Below, piece by piece: positions 1 to 9,400 of a stretch of DNA of 64,000 nucleotides; position 1 is the stretch's first letter; every line of letters begins with the position of its first letter. This stretch comes from a virus (Duplodnaviria; Caudoviricetes). Location: the IMG/VR virus record IMGVR_UViG_3300035208_004923, positions 160,001 to 224,000 of that record. One strand, written 5' to 3'. The notes beneath the pieces were generated by a model. The model was not told where the DNA came from. It ran no database searches and saw only the letters and a program-made list of their open reading frames with translations. The translations under genes were made by a program, and so were the position numbers.

Positions 1-478
1 CTTCTAAAGTCGGCAGTGTCCAATTCCAATCCCATATACAAATTGGGAAATGCTTATCGAAATTGTAGTATTCTTTATATCTTCGTATTTTCGATATATC
101 TTTTCCAATTGGATATACATGAAAATGCCCAAATATGTTATATTCACAATTTGGGTAATCTTTTAAATCTATAGGTGTATGCGAATATGCAATGCCATCT
201 AGTGTGTATGTTGTGTTATAAACTTCGTCAAATACTTCAAGATACTTTTCATTTTTTGCTGAATCGTGATTTCCTTTAACTAAAATCTTATATCCAGGTA
301 ATGATTTAATTGTTTCTTTAACGTTGTCGAATTTACCTGCATGAACATCACCACAATGAATAACGATATCATTATTTGTTACTGAAGATTGCCATCCACT
401 TATCTGTAAATTTGAATAATTTTCAGTTAAATATGCTGTTCCATTAAAGTGTGTGTCTGATGTTACGAATACGCTCAT
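1..478 (-). CDS. Calcineurin-like metallophosphoesterase (partial, runs off the left edge)
   Basis: Not in the ORF track. Manual translation from ATG at 478 gives MSVFVTSDTHFNG...IHCGDVH...LVKGNHD...GHFH, the DxH / GD / GNHD / GHxH motif set. Confidence 0.85.
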   Translation of the reverse strand, partial: MSVFVTSDTHFNGTAYLTENYSNLQISGWQSSVTNNDIVIHCGDVHAGKFDNVKETIKSLPGYKILVKGNHDSAKNEKYLEVFDEVYNTTYTLDGIAYSHTPIDLKDYPNCEYNIFGHFHVYPIGKDISKIRRYKEYYNFDKHFPICIWDWNWTLPTLE

Positions 479-530
479 ATTAAATATATTTACAGTTATT
501 GTAATATATATTCGTAACATTTATATGATT

Positions 531-875
531 TTACATGCAATGTGCTCTATATTCTTCTATTATAATTTGACCATGGCAATAGTACTTGCCGCTTGTTGGA
601 TTTTTCGGCATGCACCAGCATCCTAAAACTTTTCCTTCTAGTGTATGTAATTGTGATAAAAGGTATTCGTTAGACAATAAGTATTCTCTATATTTTTCAA
701 TTGCTTCATCAACATTAGCAACTTTATATTTTGCTAATGTCCCTTCTTTATGCGAATACGGATTTCCCCATATTCCAACATCTCCGCATTTCAAACAACG
801 GCCTCTTCCGATGTATACATCATAATCCGAATACCGTAAATTTATTACAGTTGGTTCGCTATTCTTGAACAGCAT
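531..875 (-). CDS. DUF4326-like protein
   Basis: YIGRG...WGNPY...LGCWC...CHG pattern. Start placed at ATG 875 to minimise overlap with the upstream gene. Confidence 0.75.
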   Translation of the reverse strand: MLFKNSEPTVINLRYSDYDVYIGRGRCLKCGDVGIWGNPYSHKEGTLAKYKVANVDEAIEKYREYLLSNEYLLSQLHTLEGKVLGCWCMPKNPTSGKYYCHGQIIIEEYRAHCM

Positions 876-1614
876 TATTAATTTCTTCTTGAGAAACATC
901 TTTGATTTTTTTTGTAATATCGCGAATCACTGCGCATTTTTCGTAATCTTCCAATTCAGAAAAATATGTCATCATGTCAGATAATGTTTTTTTGACTTTA
1001 CCTGGCATAAATTTTATTACAACATCGCTATCTTCAAATAAAACAAGTTTGTTTATATCAATTCTTTTTCTATCCTTAATAGCATCAAACGCTCTTGTAT
1101 AAAACGTTGTTATGAACTCTGCTTCATTATCATCAATATCGCCTTCTTTATCTGGGTCAAACTGATATACAGTTTTTTCAGATTTAGTTGATTTGATTTT
1201 TTCTTTTAATTTATTCGATACTTTTTCAAATTCTTCTTGCGCATCAACATCATCATTCATAACTTGTTTATATAAGTATAATGCATTTTTTATTGACTTT
1301 ATTATACCTGCCTCCAGTTCTGGAATATCATATTTTCCATTTTCCGCAGTTGCAATTGGTGAGCCTTCGGGTAATTCACGGGCAGACATAATCAAAATGT
1401 TTCCGAAAACAGCAAATCTGAAGTACAAACTTCCAACAGAATTTAATTCACGTTCTTTTGACATATCAGTTGCAATAATAAAAGTGCCCATGTCAGCAAA
1501 CTTAATCGAATCTTCATCAGTTTCAAGTGAATTGGCAACACCTTTTATTGTGTACCGTTCGTTGTGCGGGTGCTCAACATTAAGATATCCATCTACCGTT
1601 ATTTTTACAGCCAT
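859..1614 (-). CDS. Hypothetical protein with a C-terminal UVR-like helical motif
   Basis: 251 aa ORF ending in EDYEKCAVIRD, which resembles the UvrB/C motif. Confidence 0.6.
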   Translation of the reverse strand: MAVKITVDGYLNVEHPHNERYTIKGVANSLETDEDSIKFADMGTFIIATDMSKERELNSVGSLYFRFAVFGNILIMSARELPEGSPIATAENGKYDIPELEAGIIKSIKNALYLYKQVMNDDVDAQEEFEKVSNKLKEKIKSTKSEKTVYQFDPDKEGDIDDNEAEFITTFYTRAFDAIKDRKRIDINKLVLFEDSDVVIKFMPGKVKKTLSDMMTYFSELEDYEKCAVIRDITKKIKDVSQEEINNAVQE

Positions 1615-1648
1615 ATATTATTTTTGTTTATTTTTATATTCAGAAGTA

Positions 1649-2740
1649 TTATTTAGTTTCTAAGTATAAAATGTAATTATTGAATTCATATAAGAATTTT
1701 GCAATATCTTCAATTGTTAAAGTTCCGATGTTAGAAATTCTAAATGTATTTGTATTCGATACTTTTCCTGGATATATTGTAATGCCTCTTTCCTTTAAAA
1801 AGTCATGCATATCATCAAATGAATATTTTGGATGTTCCAAATCAAAAAAACTTGTTATGATAACAGACGAATGCTCTTCTGGCGTATATTGTTTAACGCC
1901 AGCAACTTTCATGCCGTTAATCAACAACGTTCTATTATTTTTATAACGATTATGTCTACCGCCAACAGTTTCACTTGTTAATTCCTTTATTGCTTGATAA
2001 AAAGCATATATTGTTTGAACAGGTGGTGTAAATCTTAATTGCAAATTTTTCTGCATGTAATCCCATTGGTCGTATACATCAAAATAACAAGTTCTTGCTT
2101 GACCTTTTAGTTCCATTAATTTTTCTCGTCTAGCAATTATAAATCCAATGCCTGCAAATCCTTGTATGCATTTATTTGAACTTCCTATTAAAAAATCAAC
2201 ATTACTTTTTGTCATTTCTATTTCATATGCACCAACAGTACTCATTGCATCAATAATAAATGTCTTGTTATTTTCTTTACATAAATTTCCTATAAAGTCA
2301 ATATCATTTAGTATTCCTGTTGTCGTTTCGCAATGAACTGTATACACATGTGTTATATCCGGATTCGTTTCAATTAATTTAGATATCATTTCATAATTTA
2401 AAACTTTATCGCCACAGTCAATTTCAAACAAACGTATAGCGTATCTTTTTGCAATTTCTGCTGCTCGTCTACCGTATGCACCGTTTGTAATAACTAGTAG
2501 AAATGAATCTTTCGGCAAAGATGATATCATCGCTTCTATTGCACCGGTACCTGATGAACCAAATAAAATTGATTCATATCGTAAATGGTCAGTTGCAACA
2601 AATGTTGGCAAATGTACCATTATTGCATTCATGATACCACCAAATTCACGTTCTCGTGGACAAATATCGTCAACAATTTGTGCTTGCTTTACGCTTTCTG
2701 ACGTATTTGCAGGCCCAGGATTTAAAAGAATTTGTTTCAT
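1649..2740 (-). CDS. aepZ: 2-aminoethylphosphonate transaminase (PhnW/AepZ family, class V PLP enzyme)
   Basis: LLNPGP, HCETTTGILN, DAMS, SSNKCIQG (PLP lysine), RFTPP and IYPGK motifs. Lies in an operon with pepM and ppd. Confidence 0.92.
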   Translation of the reverse strand: MKQILLNPGPANTSESVKQAQIVDDICPREREFGGIMNAIMVHLPTFVATDHLRYESILFGSSGTGAIEAMISSLPKDSFLLVITNGAYGRRAAEIAKRYAIRLFEIDCGDKVLNYEMISKLIETNPDITHVYTVHCETTTGILNDIDFIGNLCKENNKTFIIDAMSTVGAYEIEMTKSNVDFLIGSSNKCIQGFAGIGFIIARREKLMELKGQARTCYFDVYDQWDYMQKNLQLRFTPPVQTIYAFYQAIKELTSETVGGRHNRYKNNRTLLINGMKVAGVKQYTPEEHSSVIITSFFDLEHPKYSFDDMHDFLKERGITIYPGKVSNTNTFRISNIGTLTIEDIAKFLYEFNNYILYLETK

Positions 2741-3462
2741 TATAAGATATTGTATAAAAGTGGGAATACTCTATTAACTGCTTTATAGTAATGAATAAGA
2801 TCATCGATTTCACACCATACATAATCAGTTTTCTCTAAATTGAATTGTACGCCATATTTTTTAGTTGCTTTAACTAAAACATGTTCATATTCAATTCTTG
2901 GATTATTTTTTAAGATATCTTCAGCGAATGGTAACAATACATTATTAACAGTATTTGCTGAAATGTGAGAAATTCCTAAAAATGAATGCTCGTGATTTTC
3001 CAAATCAGATGTTAATTTCGATACATTACTCATGCAATTGTTGAAAGATTCAACATAAACTTCATCATGATCTTTTGTTATGAATGATGTTACAATAATG
3101 TCTTTGTCGTTACCTATATGGTCAAGAATCTTTGCATCATATAAAATATCACTTTCAACAATCGTACATGCACCTTTCACTTCTTTCAAACCTACATACA
3201 AAGAATATCCGCTTCCACTGTCAACGTAATTGCCATTATGAATTGTTGACACTTCTTTATATCCTTTGGCAAATTTTTCGTAGTATTCAGATTTATGTCC
3301 TGTTACAATTAATATCTTTTCATAACCTTTTTTCAATAAATTTTCAACGGACATTTCAATCAATGATTTTCCGCAGATTCTTAAAAAGCCTTTTGGCATA
3401 GTTTCAGTTAGTAAACCGACCCTGCTTCCAAGACCTGCTGCTAGTATGATTGCTGTTTTCAT
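2740..3462 (-). CDS. NTP transferase, LicC/PntC-like (probable phosphonate cytidylyltransferase)
   Basis: ILAAGLGSR...PKG N-terminal signature, ESDILY and WCEIDD. Stop overlaps the aepZ start. Confidence 0.85.
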   Translation of the reverse strand: MKTAIILAAGLGSRVGLLTETMPKGFLRICGKSLIEMSVENLLKKGYEKILIVTGHKSEYYEKFAKGYKEVSTIHNGNYVDSGSGYSLYVGLKEVKGACTIVESDILYDAKILDHIGNDKDIIVTSFITKDHDEVYVESFNNCMSNVSKLTSDLENHEHSFLGISHISANTVNNVLLPFAEDILKNNPRIEYEHVLVKATKKYGVQFNLEKTDYVWCEIDDLIHYYKAVNRVFPLLYNIL

Positions 3463-3467
3463 TATTT

Positions 3468-4601
3468 TTATTTTTTTAAAAATTTCATTAATCGTTTCTT
3501 AACTTGTACTGGTGTAACTGCTGGTCGACCTAAAGGATCTTTTGAACCAGGAACTGTTGGCACAACAATTAGCTTCAATGTTCTTTCTTTATCTTTTTTC
3601 CAATTAGTTAATGCATTTTCTAATTGGCCGTATGATCTAACAATAGCATTTTGGTAATTCATAGAAGACGCTAGTTTATTCCATGATACGTTATTCGATA
3701 ATGTAGCTTGTCCGCCTGTTGTGTCGTGAACATTATTATCAAGTAATATATGTAGCATGTTTGATGGCGCATATTCTGCAATCAATGGAAGAACACTTAA
3801 ACGCATTAATGCAGCACCGTCTCCATCAATGACATATACTTTTTTATCTGTATTCAACGCAACACCTAAGCCAATTGCACCAGCGCAACCCATCGAACCG
3901 ACCATATACAAGTTATTTTTCTTATCTTTTATATCATACAATTCTCTGCCTGTCATTCCTGTTGTTGCGATATAAACAGCATCTTTGTCAATTGTTGAAA
4001 TTGATTTAAGTACCTCATATCGAGTCATGTCCATAACTTCTTGATTCAATGTATTTGCAAAGCCAATTGGCGCAACATCTTTTAATGTTTTTTGCTTTGG
4101 AATTAACTTAACAGAATTAAAAGTATCTTTTTCAACAAGAATAAAATATGGCATATTAGTTTTTGCCATTATTGCTTTTGCTTCTGCTATCTGTTGTTTT
4201 GCAATTTCATCATCTTTCGATAAAACAACGGATTTCATTTTCATTGTTTTTATCAATTTTGCAGTAATCACGCCCATTAATTCATGTTGAGGTTCAGTGT
4301 CAGAACCGGTTCGCATACTAACAAAAACCAATGATGGAATTTTGAATATGTAATTTAATGAAGTAAGTGGGGAAACTGCATTTCCGAATCCGGAATTTTG
4401 CATCATGACAACTGTATTTCGACCTGCTATGTGTGCGCCTGCAGCTATTGCAATTGCATCACCTTCATTTGCTGCATTGTAATATTCACAATCATTTTGC
4501 GCATAATTAATTAAACTTTTCATCCAAGAGCAAGGAACTCCTGTAAAAAAATCAAATCCTTCTTGTTTTAAAAAATCTCCAAATTTTTGTGTGTCTACCA
4601 T
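3468..4601 (-). CDS. aepY: Phosphonopyruvate decarboxylase (ThDP-dependent)
   Basis: FFTGVPCS, ANEGDAIA, MQNSGFGN, EPQH, GSMG, DGDGA and NNVHDTTGGQ motifs. Confidence 0.93.
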   Translation of the reverse strand: MVDTQKFGDFLKQEGFDFFTGVPCSWMKSLINYAQNDCEYYNAANEGDAIAIAAGAHIAGRNTVVMMQNSGFGNAVSPLTSLNYIFKIPSLVFVSMRTGSDTEPQHELMGVITAKLIKTMKMKSVVLSKDDEIAKQQIAEAKAIMAKTNMPYFILVEKDTFNSVKLIPKQKTLKDVAPIGFANTLNQEVMDMTRYEVLKSISTIDKDAVYIATTGMTGRELYDIKDKKNNLYMVGSMGCAGAIGLGVALNTDKKVYVIDGDGAALMRLSVLPLIAEYAPSNMLHILLDNNVHDTTGGQATLSNNVSWNKLASSMNYQNAIVRSYGQLENALTNWKKDKERTLKLIVVPTVPGSKDPLGRPAVTPVQVKKRLMKFLKK

Positions 4602-4615
4602 ATTATGTATTTTAA

Positions 4616-5911
4616 TTATTTTGTTCCTGGTATTAATTCAAGTATATCATTTATACTCATGCATAATGTTTTATCAACATTTTCTGATTTGCCGTCTAAA
4701 AGAATTCCTTTTGCTGTTTTTAGCATTGCTGGATATGCAGAACGTAATAAATGATTTGCATAAATCACTATATTAGCACCAGCTTTTTCAAATTCATCAA
4801 TATGAATTTTATTGAAACTAGAAGGAACTACAACGATAGGTGTTTGTTTATCGAATTCTCTAAATCTTTTAATAAATTCAAATATTTCTACACCGTCTTT
4901 ATTTCTTGAATGTATCATGATAGCATCAGCACCTGCGTTAACATAAGCAAACGAACGTTCTAGTGCATCTTCTAATCCTTTTTCTAAAATTAAACTTTCG
5001 CATCTAGCAATGATCATAAAGTTTTTTGTTATCTGCGCAGCTTTACCCATTTTTATTTTATGACAGAAGTCACAAATACAATCCTGCGACTGGTCAACAT
5101 CATTTCCAAATAATGAATTTTTCTTCAAACCAGTTTTATCTTCAATTATTGCAGCAGATACGCCAACACGTTCTAAACTTCGAACTGTAAATTGAAAATG
5201 TTCAGGTTTACCGCCTGTATCGGCATCATATATCATCGGTTTTGTTGTTACCTCAAATATTTCATTTATTGTTGTAAGACGAGCAGTTGTATCAACAGCT
5301 TCAATATCAGGTTTGCCTTTCGATGTAGAATCGGTCAAAGAACTTGACCACATGCCATCAAACTGCGTGTTATCAATTTTTGTGTGTTCGACAATTAATC
5401 CGCTTAAAGCATTATGAACTTCAAGTATTCTTAGAATTTTCTTTTCACGCAATAATCTTCGCAATGAATTACTTCTAACTGTTGATGTTATACCTAATGC
5501 AGTTACTTGTTCTTTTATATTGATACTGTTGATTTCTTTTGAATATTCTGGCTCAATTAATTCGCCATGAATTTCTAATATGTAATCTAATACTTCATCT
5601 CTATATTTCTTCAGGTGATTTGTTTTCCAATCAGTTCCATGAACAACTATAGTAGCACCAATTTTTTTTAAATTTGGTAGGCATGATGCAGATTCTTGTG
5701 GAATAATTTCAGACACGCACCCAATTGCGGCAATTGCAATTCTTCTATTTTCATATGATAAATAAGGAACGTCGTTTATTTCCCTACATGCATCTTCAGT
5801 TAGTAATCCTACAATTACTTTGCCATGTTTACTTGCTTCTGTTAAAATTGATACATGACCTGCGTGTATCAAATCAGCAATCATGCTAACATAAACTATT
5901 GTTTCATTCAT
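4616..5911 (-). CDS. aepX: Phosphoenolpyruvate mutase (PepM/AepX) with an N-terminal cytidylyltransferase domain
   Basis: Diagnostic EDKx5NS motif (EDKTGLKKNS), plus WSSSL and DADTGG. N-terminal DLIHAGH is a HIGH-type motif. Confidence 0.95.
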   Translation of the reverse strand: MNETIVYVSMIADLIHAGHVSILTEASKHGKVIVGLLTEDACREINDVPYLSYENRRIAIAAIGCVSEIIPQESASCLPNLKKIGATIVVHGTDWKTNHLKKYRDEVLDYILEIHGELIEPEYSKEINSINIKEQVTALGITSTVRSNSLRRLLREKKILRILEVHNALSGLIVEHTKIDNTQFDGMWSSSLTDSTSKGKPDIEAVDTTARLTTINEIFEVTTKPMIYDADTGGKPEHFQFTVRSLERVGVSAAIIEDKTGLKKNSLFGNDVDQSQDCICDFCHKIKMGKAAQITKNFMIIARCESLILEKGLEDALERSFAYVNAGADAIMIHSRNKDGVEIFEFIKRFREFDKQTPIVVVPSSFNKIHIDEFEKAGANIVIYANHLLRSAYPAMLKTAKGILLDGKSENVDKTLCMSINDILELIPGTK

Positions 5912-5931
5912 TTGTTTTTGTATAAAGTGTA

Positions 5932-5973
5932 AATAAAAATTAGCATAATTTTTTAGATTATGCTAATTTTATT
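5932..5973 (-). terminator. Intrinsic terminator downstream of nrdJ
   Basis: Inverted repeat AAAATTAGCATAAT / ATTATGCTAATTTT with a T-run on the minus strand. Confidence 0.65.
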
Positions 5974-5981
5974 ATATATTC
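5972..5981 (-). promoter_or_regulatory. Putative late promoter GAATATATAA upstream of the phosphonate operon
   Basis: Exact copy of a 10-mer found 11 times in intergenic positions upstream of minus-strand genes. Confidence 0.6.
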
Positions 5982-7844
5982 TTATTTTAATTCGCATCCG
6001 CCAGATCCGCATGCCAATTCTCCAGATAAATCTGTTTCATCAGTGCCTTCGTGAATTTGCGTAACGTCAACAAATTTCAAATGTTGAATTCTTCTGTTAT
6101 ATTCTTCTTCTGTAATTTCTTCAAACGGTGCTTGAATGTATGTTCCTCCGTCATACGGAAGTACTGATAAACCATTATAGTATTTTCTGTTTTCCCACAT
6201 CCATTCGCCTACTGCTTCCCATTCGTTTTCTTTTATGAAAACTGTTGCAGATACGTTGTTGTAATTTTCACCTTTTCGGTGACCGCCATATACCCATTTA
6301 GTATTGAACTTTTTGATTCGATTTAAGAATGCAAATATTGATTCATCACGAGTTATTGCATCAGAAGGCGATTTTTGTGGCACTTCAATAATTCCAGTGT
6401 CATGTGGTCTGAAGTAATCATCAACCACAAGTTCAGGATGATTTGCTGCTAAGAATTTGTAAAGTGTTTCGTTTTTACCAATTCGCATTCTTCGAATGTA
6501 ATATTTTGCAAACCAAGCGTGAATACCTGATGATGTACCAAGAACAAGCGAACTAGTACCTGCAGGTTTTACGGTTGTTGTTCTTGCCGCTTTACTAATT
6601 TTCAATAAATCAGCAGCACGTGCGTTTTCTTCTTTAACCGCTTTTGCAGCATCTTTCATATCGAGATTCAATATTCCTTGTGAAGCAATACCTGTCATAC
6701 CTACACCAACAAGTGCATCTTTTTCAGTTGTTCGTTGCCAAATTGAACGTAAGTAATGGAATTCTGTATAACTTGCTTGTAACGTTCCAATGAAAGATGC
6801 AGCTCTACAACGTGCATTCAATTCTTCTTGGTCATATACATTTGATACGTTTACTTCTGTTAGATTGCAAAATTGAAATGGCTTTAATGCAATTTCACCG
6901 CAAGGATTTGTTCCCCAATCTTTATCATTTGAAAAAATAAATCCTGGTTCGCCAGCACCCGATGCTTGAATTTTTTTGAACAAATCAACAAAGAATTCTT
7001 TGCTAATTTTATGTCTCATTAGTAATGCTGAATTGTTTGCTCGTCCTCTTTGTGGGTTACGTTCCCACCAATCTCCAAATTTACAAGTTAACATTGTTTC
7101 ATCATCAGCAGAGAATAAAGAAATTAATGCAGCTCTACGAATACCGCCTGCCAATACGGCATCAGCAATGTAACAAACAATGTCATGAACTTCTAATGTT
7201 GTTAATGAATCGCCTGTATTTTTTTGGTCAAAAATCCCCTTTACTTTAATGATACATTCCTTCAAAGGTTGTGGTCCTGGTGCTTTTCCACCTGATGTTA
7301 CAAGTTGTGCACCTTTTTGTCGAATATCTGCAAAGTCAAAATTGATTGTTGAACCGCCAAAGAAATATGATTTCATTAAAACTTTTATTGCATCAGCCCA
7401 TCCTTCAATTGAATCACCGATTAAGTATCGTCTGTTTCTGTCAGGATTTGGTTTATTTATGAGCGGCAATTTTTCAACGTGATGACGTTGTACTGAATAA
7501 CCAATGCCCGTGCCTCCTAATAAAAGAAACATAATTTCGGAAAATGCACGCCAATCATCAATAGGTAAATAACCGCAGTTATAAATTCTATTAGGCGATA
7601 TTTCAATAGGTTTACCGCTAAATTGCATACTTCTCATTGACGGCAATACTTTCTTATCGTACACGTATTTATACGCAGCATTAATGTCTGCTTTTAGGTG
7701 TGGATATTTTTTGATATGCATTGCCTTGTTTCTTGTAACAAGTTCATCCCATGTTTCTCTTCTACCAAGATCCTTGTCAAATCTTGCGTATTTTGTAAAA
7801 ATTGTTAAGTCGCTTAACGTTTTAATGTCTAAATTTTCTTCCAT
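5982..7844 (-). CDS. nrdJ: Class II (adenosylcobalamin-dependent) ribonucleotide reductase
   Basis: PSMR, YNC, GGIRRAALI, TNPCGEI (thiyl cysteine), TTVKPAGT and C-terminal ACGSGGCE. ATG at 7844; the ORF track uses TTG at 7850. Confidence 0.92.
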   Translation of the reverse strand: MEENLDIKTLSDLTIFTKYARFDKDLGRRETWDELVTRNKAMHIKKYPHLKADINAAYKYVYDKKVLPSMRSMQFSGKPIEISPNRIYNCGYLPIDDWRAFSEIMFLLLGGTGIGYSVQRHHVEKLPLINKPNPDRNRRYLIGDSIEGWADAIKVLMKSYFFGGSTINFDFADIRQKGAQLVTSGGKAPGPQPLKECIIKVKGIFDQKNTGDSLTTLEVHDIVCYIADAVLAGGIRRAALISLFSADDETMLTCKFGDWWERNPQRGRANNSALLMRHKISKEFFVDLFKKIQASGAGEPGFIFSNDKDWGTNPCGEIALKPFQFCNLTEVNVSNVYDQEELNARCRAASFIGTLQASYTEFHYLRSIWQRTTEKDALVGVGMTGIASQGILNLDMKDAAKAVKEENARAADLLKISKAARTTTVKPAGTSSLVLGTSSGIHAWFAKYYIRRMRIGKNETLYKFLAANHPELVVDDYFRPHDTGIIEVPQKSPSDAITRDESIFAFLNRIKKFNTKWVYGGHRKGENYNNVSATVFIKENEWEAVGEWMWENRKYYNGLSVLPYDGGTYIQAPFEEITEEEYNRRIQHLKFVDVTQIHEGTDETDLSGELACGSGGCELK

Positions 7845-7865
7845 TTTCAAATTATGTTAAAATTA

Positions 7866-7915
7866 AAAAGCGGAATACACAAGGTTCCTTGCCAAAGAAC
7901 ATTATGTATCCGCTT
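7866..7915 (-). terminator. Long hairpin with a U-tract in the nrdJ leader (terminator or attenuator)
   Basis: Minus strand reads AAGCGGATACATAA-TGTTCTTTGGCAAGGAAC-CTTGTGTATTCCGCTTTTT. Confidence 0.55.
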
Positions 7916-8007
7916 GTGTTATTTTGTGTATGTAAAATTCATATTTAATGATTGATATTAATATATATTCATTACGAATAATGTTTTTATTAAAAAAAAG
8001 CTTATTT

Positions 8008-9399
8008 TTATATTTTTTCTAACTCAGCTTTCAATTTCTTAAGTTCCTGTATTTCATTTTGAACAGCAAACATTTGTTTCTTTGCGGATTTTCTTTGTCC
8101 ATAAAAATCAGTTAAAATTGTTCTAAATACAGAATCTTCGGCATCATTAAAATACGCGCCAGATGCAGTGTATGTAATGTTTTCAATATCTGGTTTCTTT
8201 GCTTCTTTACCCATGAATGCTTCAGGTGACATATTCCATTGTCGCATAATAGATGGGTACAGTGATGCAAAGTCAAAAGAAGCAACCCAATCGTATATTC
8301 CTTTTACGGGTGGAAATACAAAGGCACCTTCGTAACCTGTTTTATTTACGTTTCGGTTTTTGATTGTTGGGAATATTCGATTTCTGCCGTAGAATTCACG
8401 AGTCATCACAGATTCAGCCATTGCGATTGGTGAGAATGCTCTATTTGCTTCAACCTTTGTAATGTTACCCAATTTTAAATATGTTGACATTGTTGATAAC
8501 TTTGCATCAATCAATTTTACAAGAATTGAATCGACGCCATTATAGTAAACATATTGTTCAAAATCAGATTCATATAAATCCTGAAGTGTTCCGTTGTACG
8601 GAATTTTACCCATACCCAATGCTGCAGTTGCAACATATTGTAGCGTATTGTTATCTTTGAAGATTACTCTATCCCATTTTTTATAAAGTTCCATGTAATC
8701 GACAACAACTCTGTGCATCGGTAATTCTTCACGACCTACAAGTTTGCCATTTACTGCTGCAACAGATGGGTCAATTGATAAATTACGACAACGATTTACA
8801 AGATACGCCCAGTCAAAGTTTATAAAGTTCCATCCGGTAATCAATGGCATTTTTTGTATTGCCTTATTGAAAAATGAATATAACAAATCATATTCTGTTT
8901 TGAAATAAACATATGAAAACTTAATTTCTGGATAATTATGATCTGTTAAGTACTTGTTTATTTTGATTTCGATATTTCTTATCTGAACGGGAAGCAATGG
9001 TTTTGTTCCTAATACAGCAAGCATATTATCGTGCGCAAATGATATTGCGGTTACCTTATGTCTTGCAACAGATGGTTTTGGCCATTCATCATCAACTTCA
9101 GTTTCAATATCCACAAAGAATTTCTTTGGGTCATTTTTTGAATAAATCTTTTCTTTAATGTAATCTGGCTGTTTCATGAGAATTTCCTCAATTCTCCATT
9201 TGTTCAAAAAGAAAGCTTTTTTCTTTTGAACTAATTTGCCATCCCAACTTTTGAATGAAGGTTCCGCTTTTCCTACGGTATATGGAACCCATTCAAAAAA
9301 ATCCTCTTGTTCTATAGGAATTATTTGGAAAGCAACATCTCCATTTTCATCGAAGTAAGATACCTTAAGGTTTTTCTCTACTTGTTCGACGTTAATCAT
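8008..9399 (-). CDS. Family B DNA polymerase, N-terminal subunit (3'-5' exonuclease plus motif A; split gp43-like)
   Basis: ExoI VDIETE, ExoII GWNFINFD, ExoIII YNGVD and motif A DFASLYPSIM. The ORF ends before motifs B and C. Confidence 0.88.
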   Translation of the reverse strand: MINVEQVEKNLKVSYFDENGDVAFQIIPIEQEDFFEWVPYTVGKAEPSFKSWDGKLVQKKKAFFLNKWRIEEILMKQPDYIKEKIYSKNDPKKFFVDIETEVDDEWPKPSVARHKVTAISFAHDNMLAVLGTKPLLPVQIRNIEIKINKYLTDHNYPEIKFSYVYFKTEYDLLYSFFNKAIQKMPLITGWNFINFDWAYLVNRCRNLSIDPSVAAVNGKLVGREELPMHRVVVDYMELYKKWDRVIFKDNNTLQYVATAALGMGKIPYNGTLQDLYESDFEQYVYYNGVDSILVKLIDAKLSTMSTYLKLGNITKVEANRAFSPIAMAESVMTREFYGRNRIFPTIKNRNVNKTGYEGAFVFPPVKGIYDWVASFDFASLYPSIMRQWNMSPEAFMGKEAKKPDIENITYTASGAYFNDAEDSVFRTILTDFYGQRKSAKKQMFAVQNEIQELKKLKAELEKI

Positions 9400-9400
9400 A

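Noticed and set aside
1649-2740. Phosphonate catabolism (phnWX) auxiliary gene
   Set aside because: No phnX or phnA is present, and the linkage to pepM and ppd indicates the biosynthetic direction.
7851-8007. Cobalamin riboswitch upstream of nrdJ
   Set aside because: The region is short and AT-rich and has no recognisable B12-box. Only a simple hairpin is supported.
8008-9399. Polymerase pseudogene or intron-split gene
   Set aside because: Motifs are intact, the gene ends in a clean helix, and no intron, homing endonuclease or downstream polymerase remnant is adjacent.
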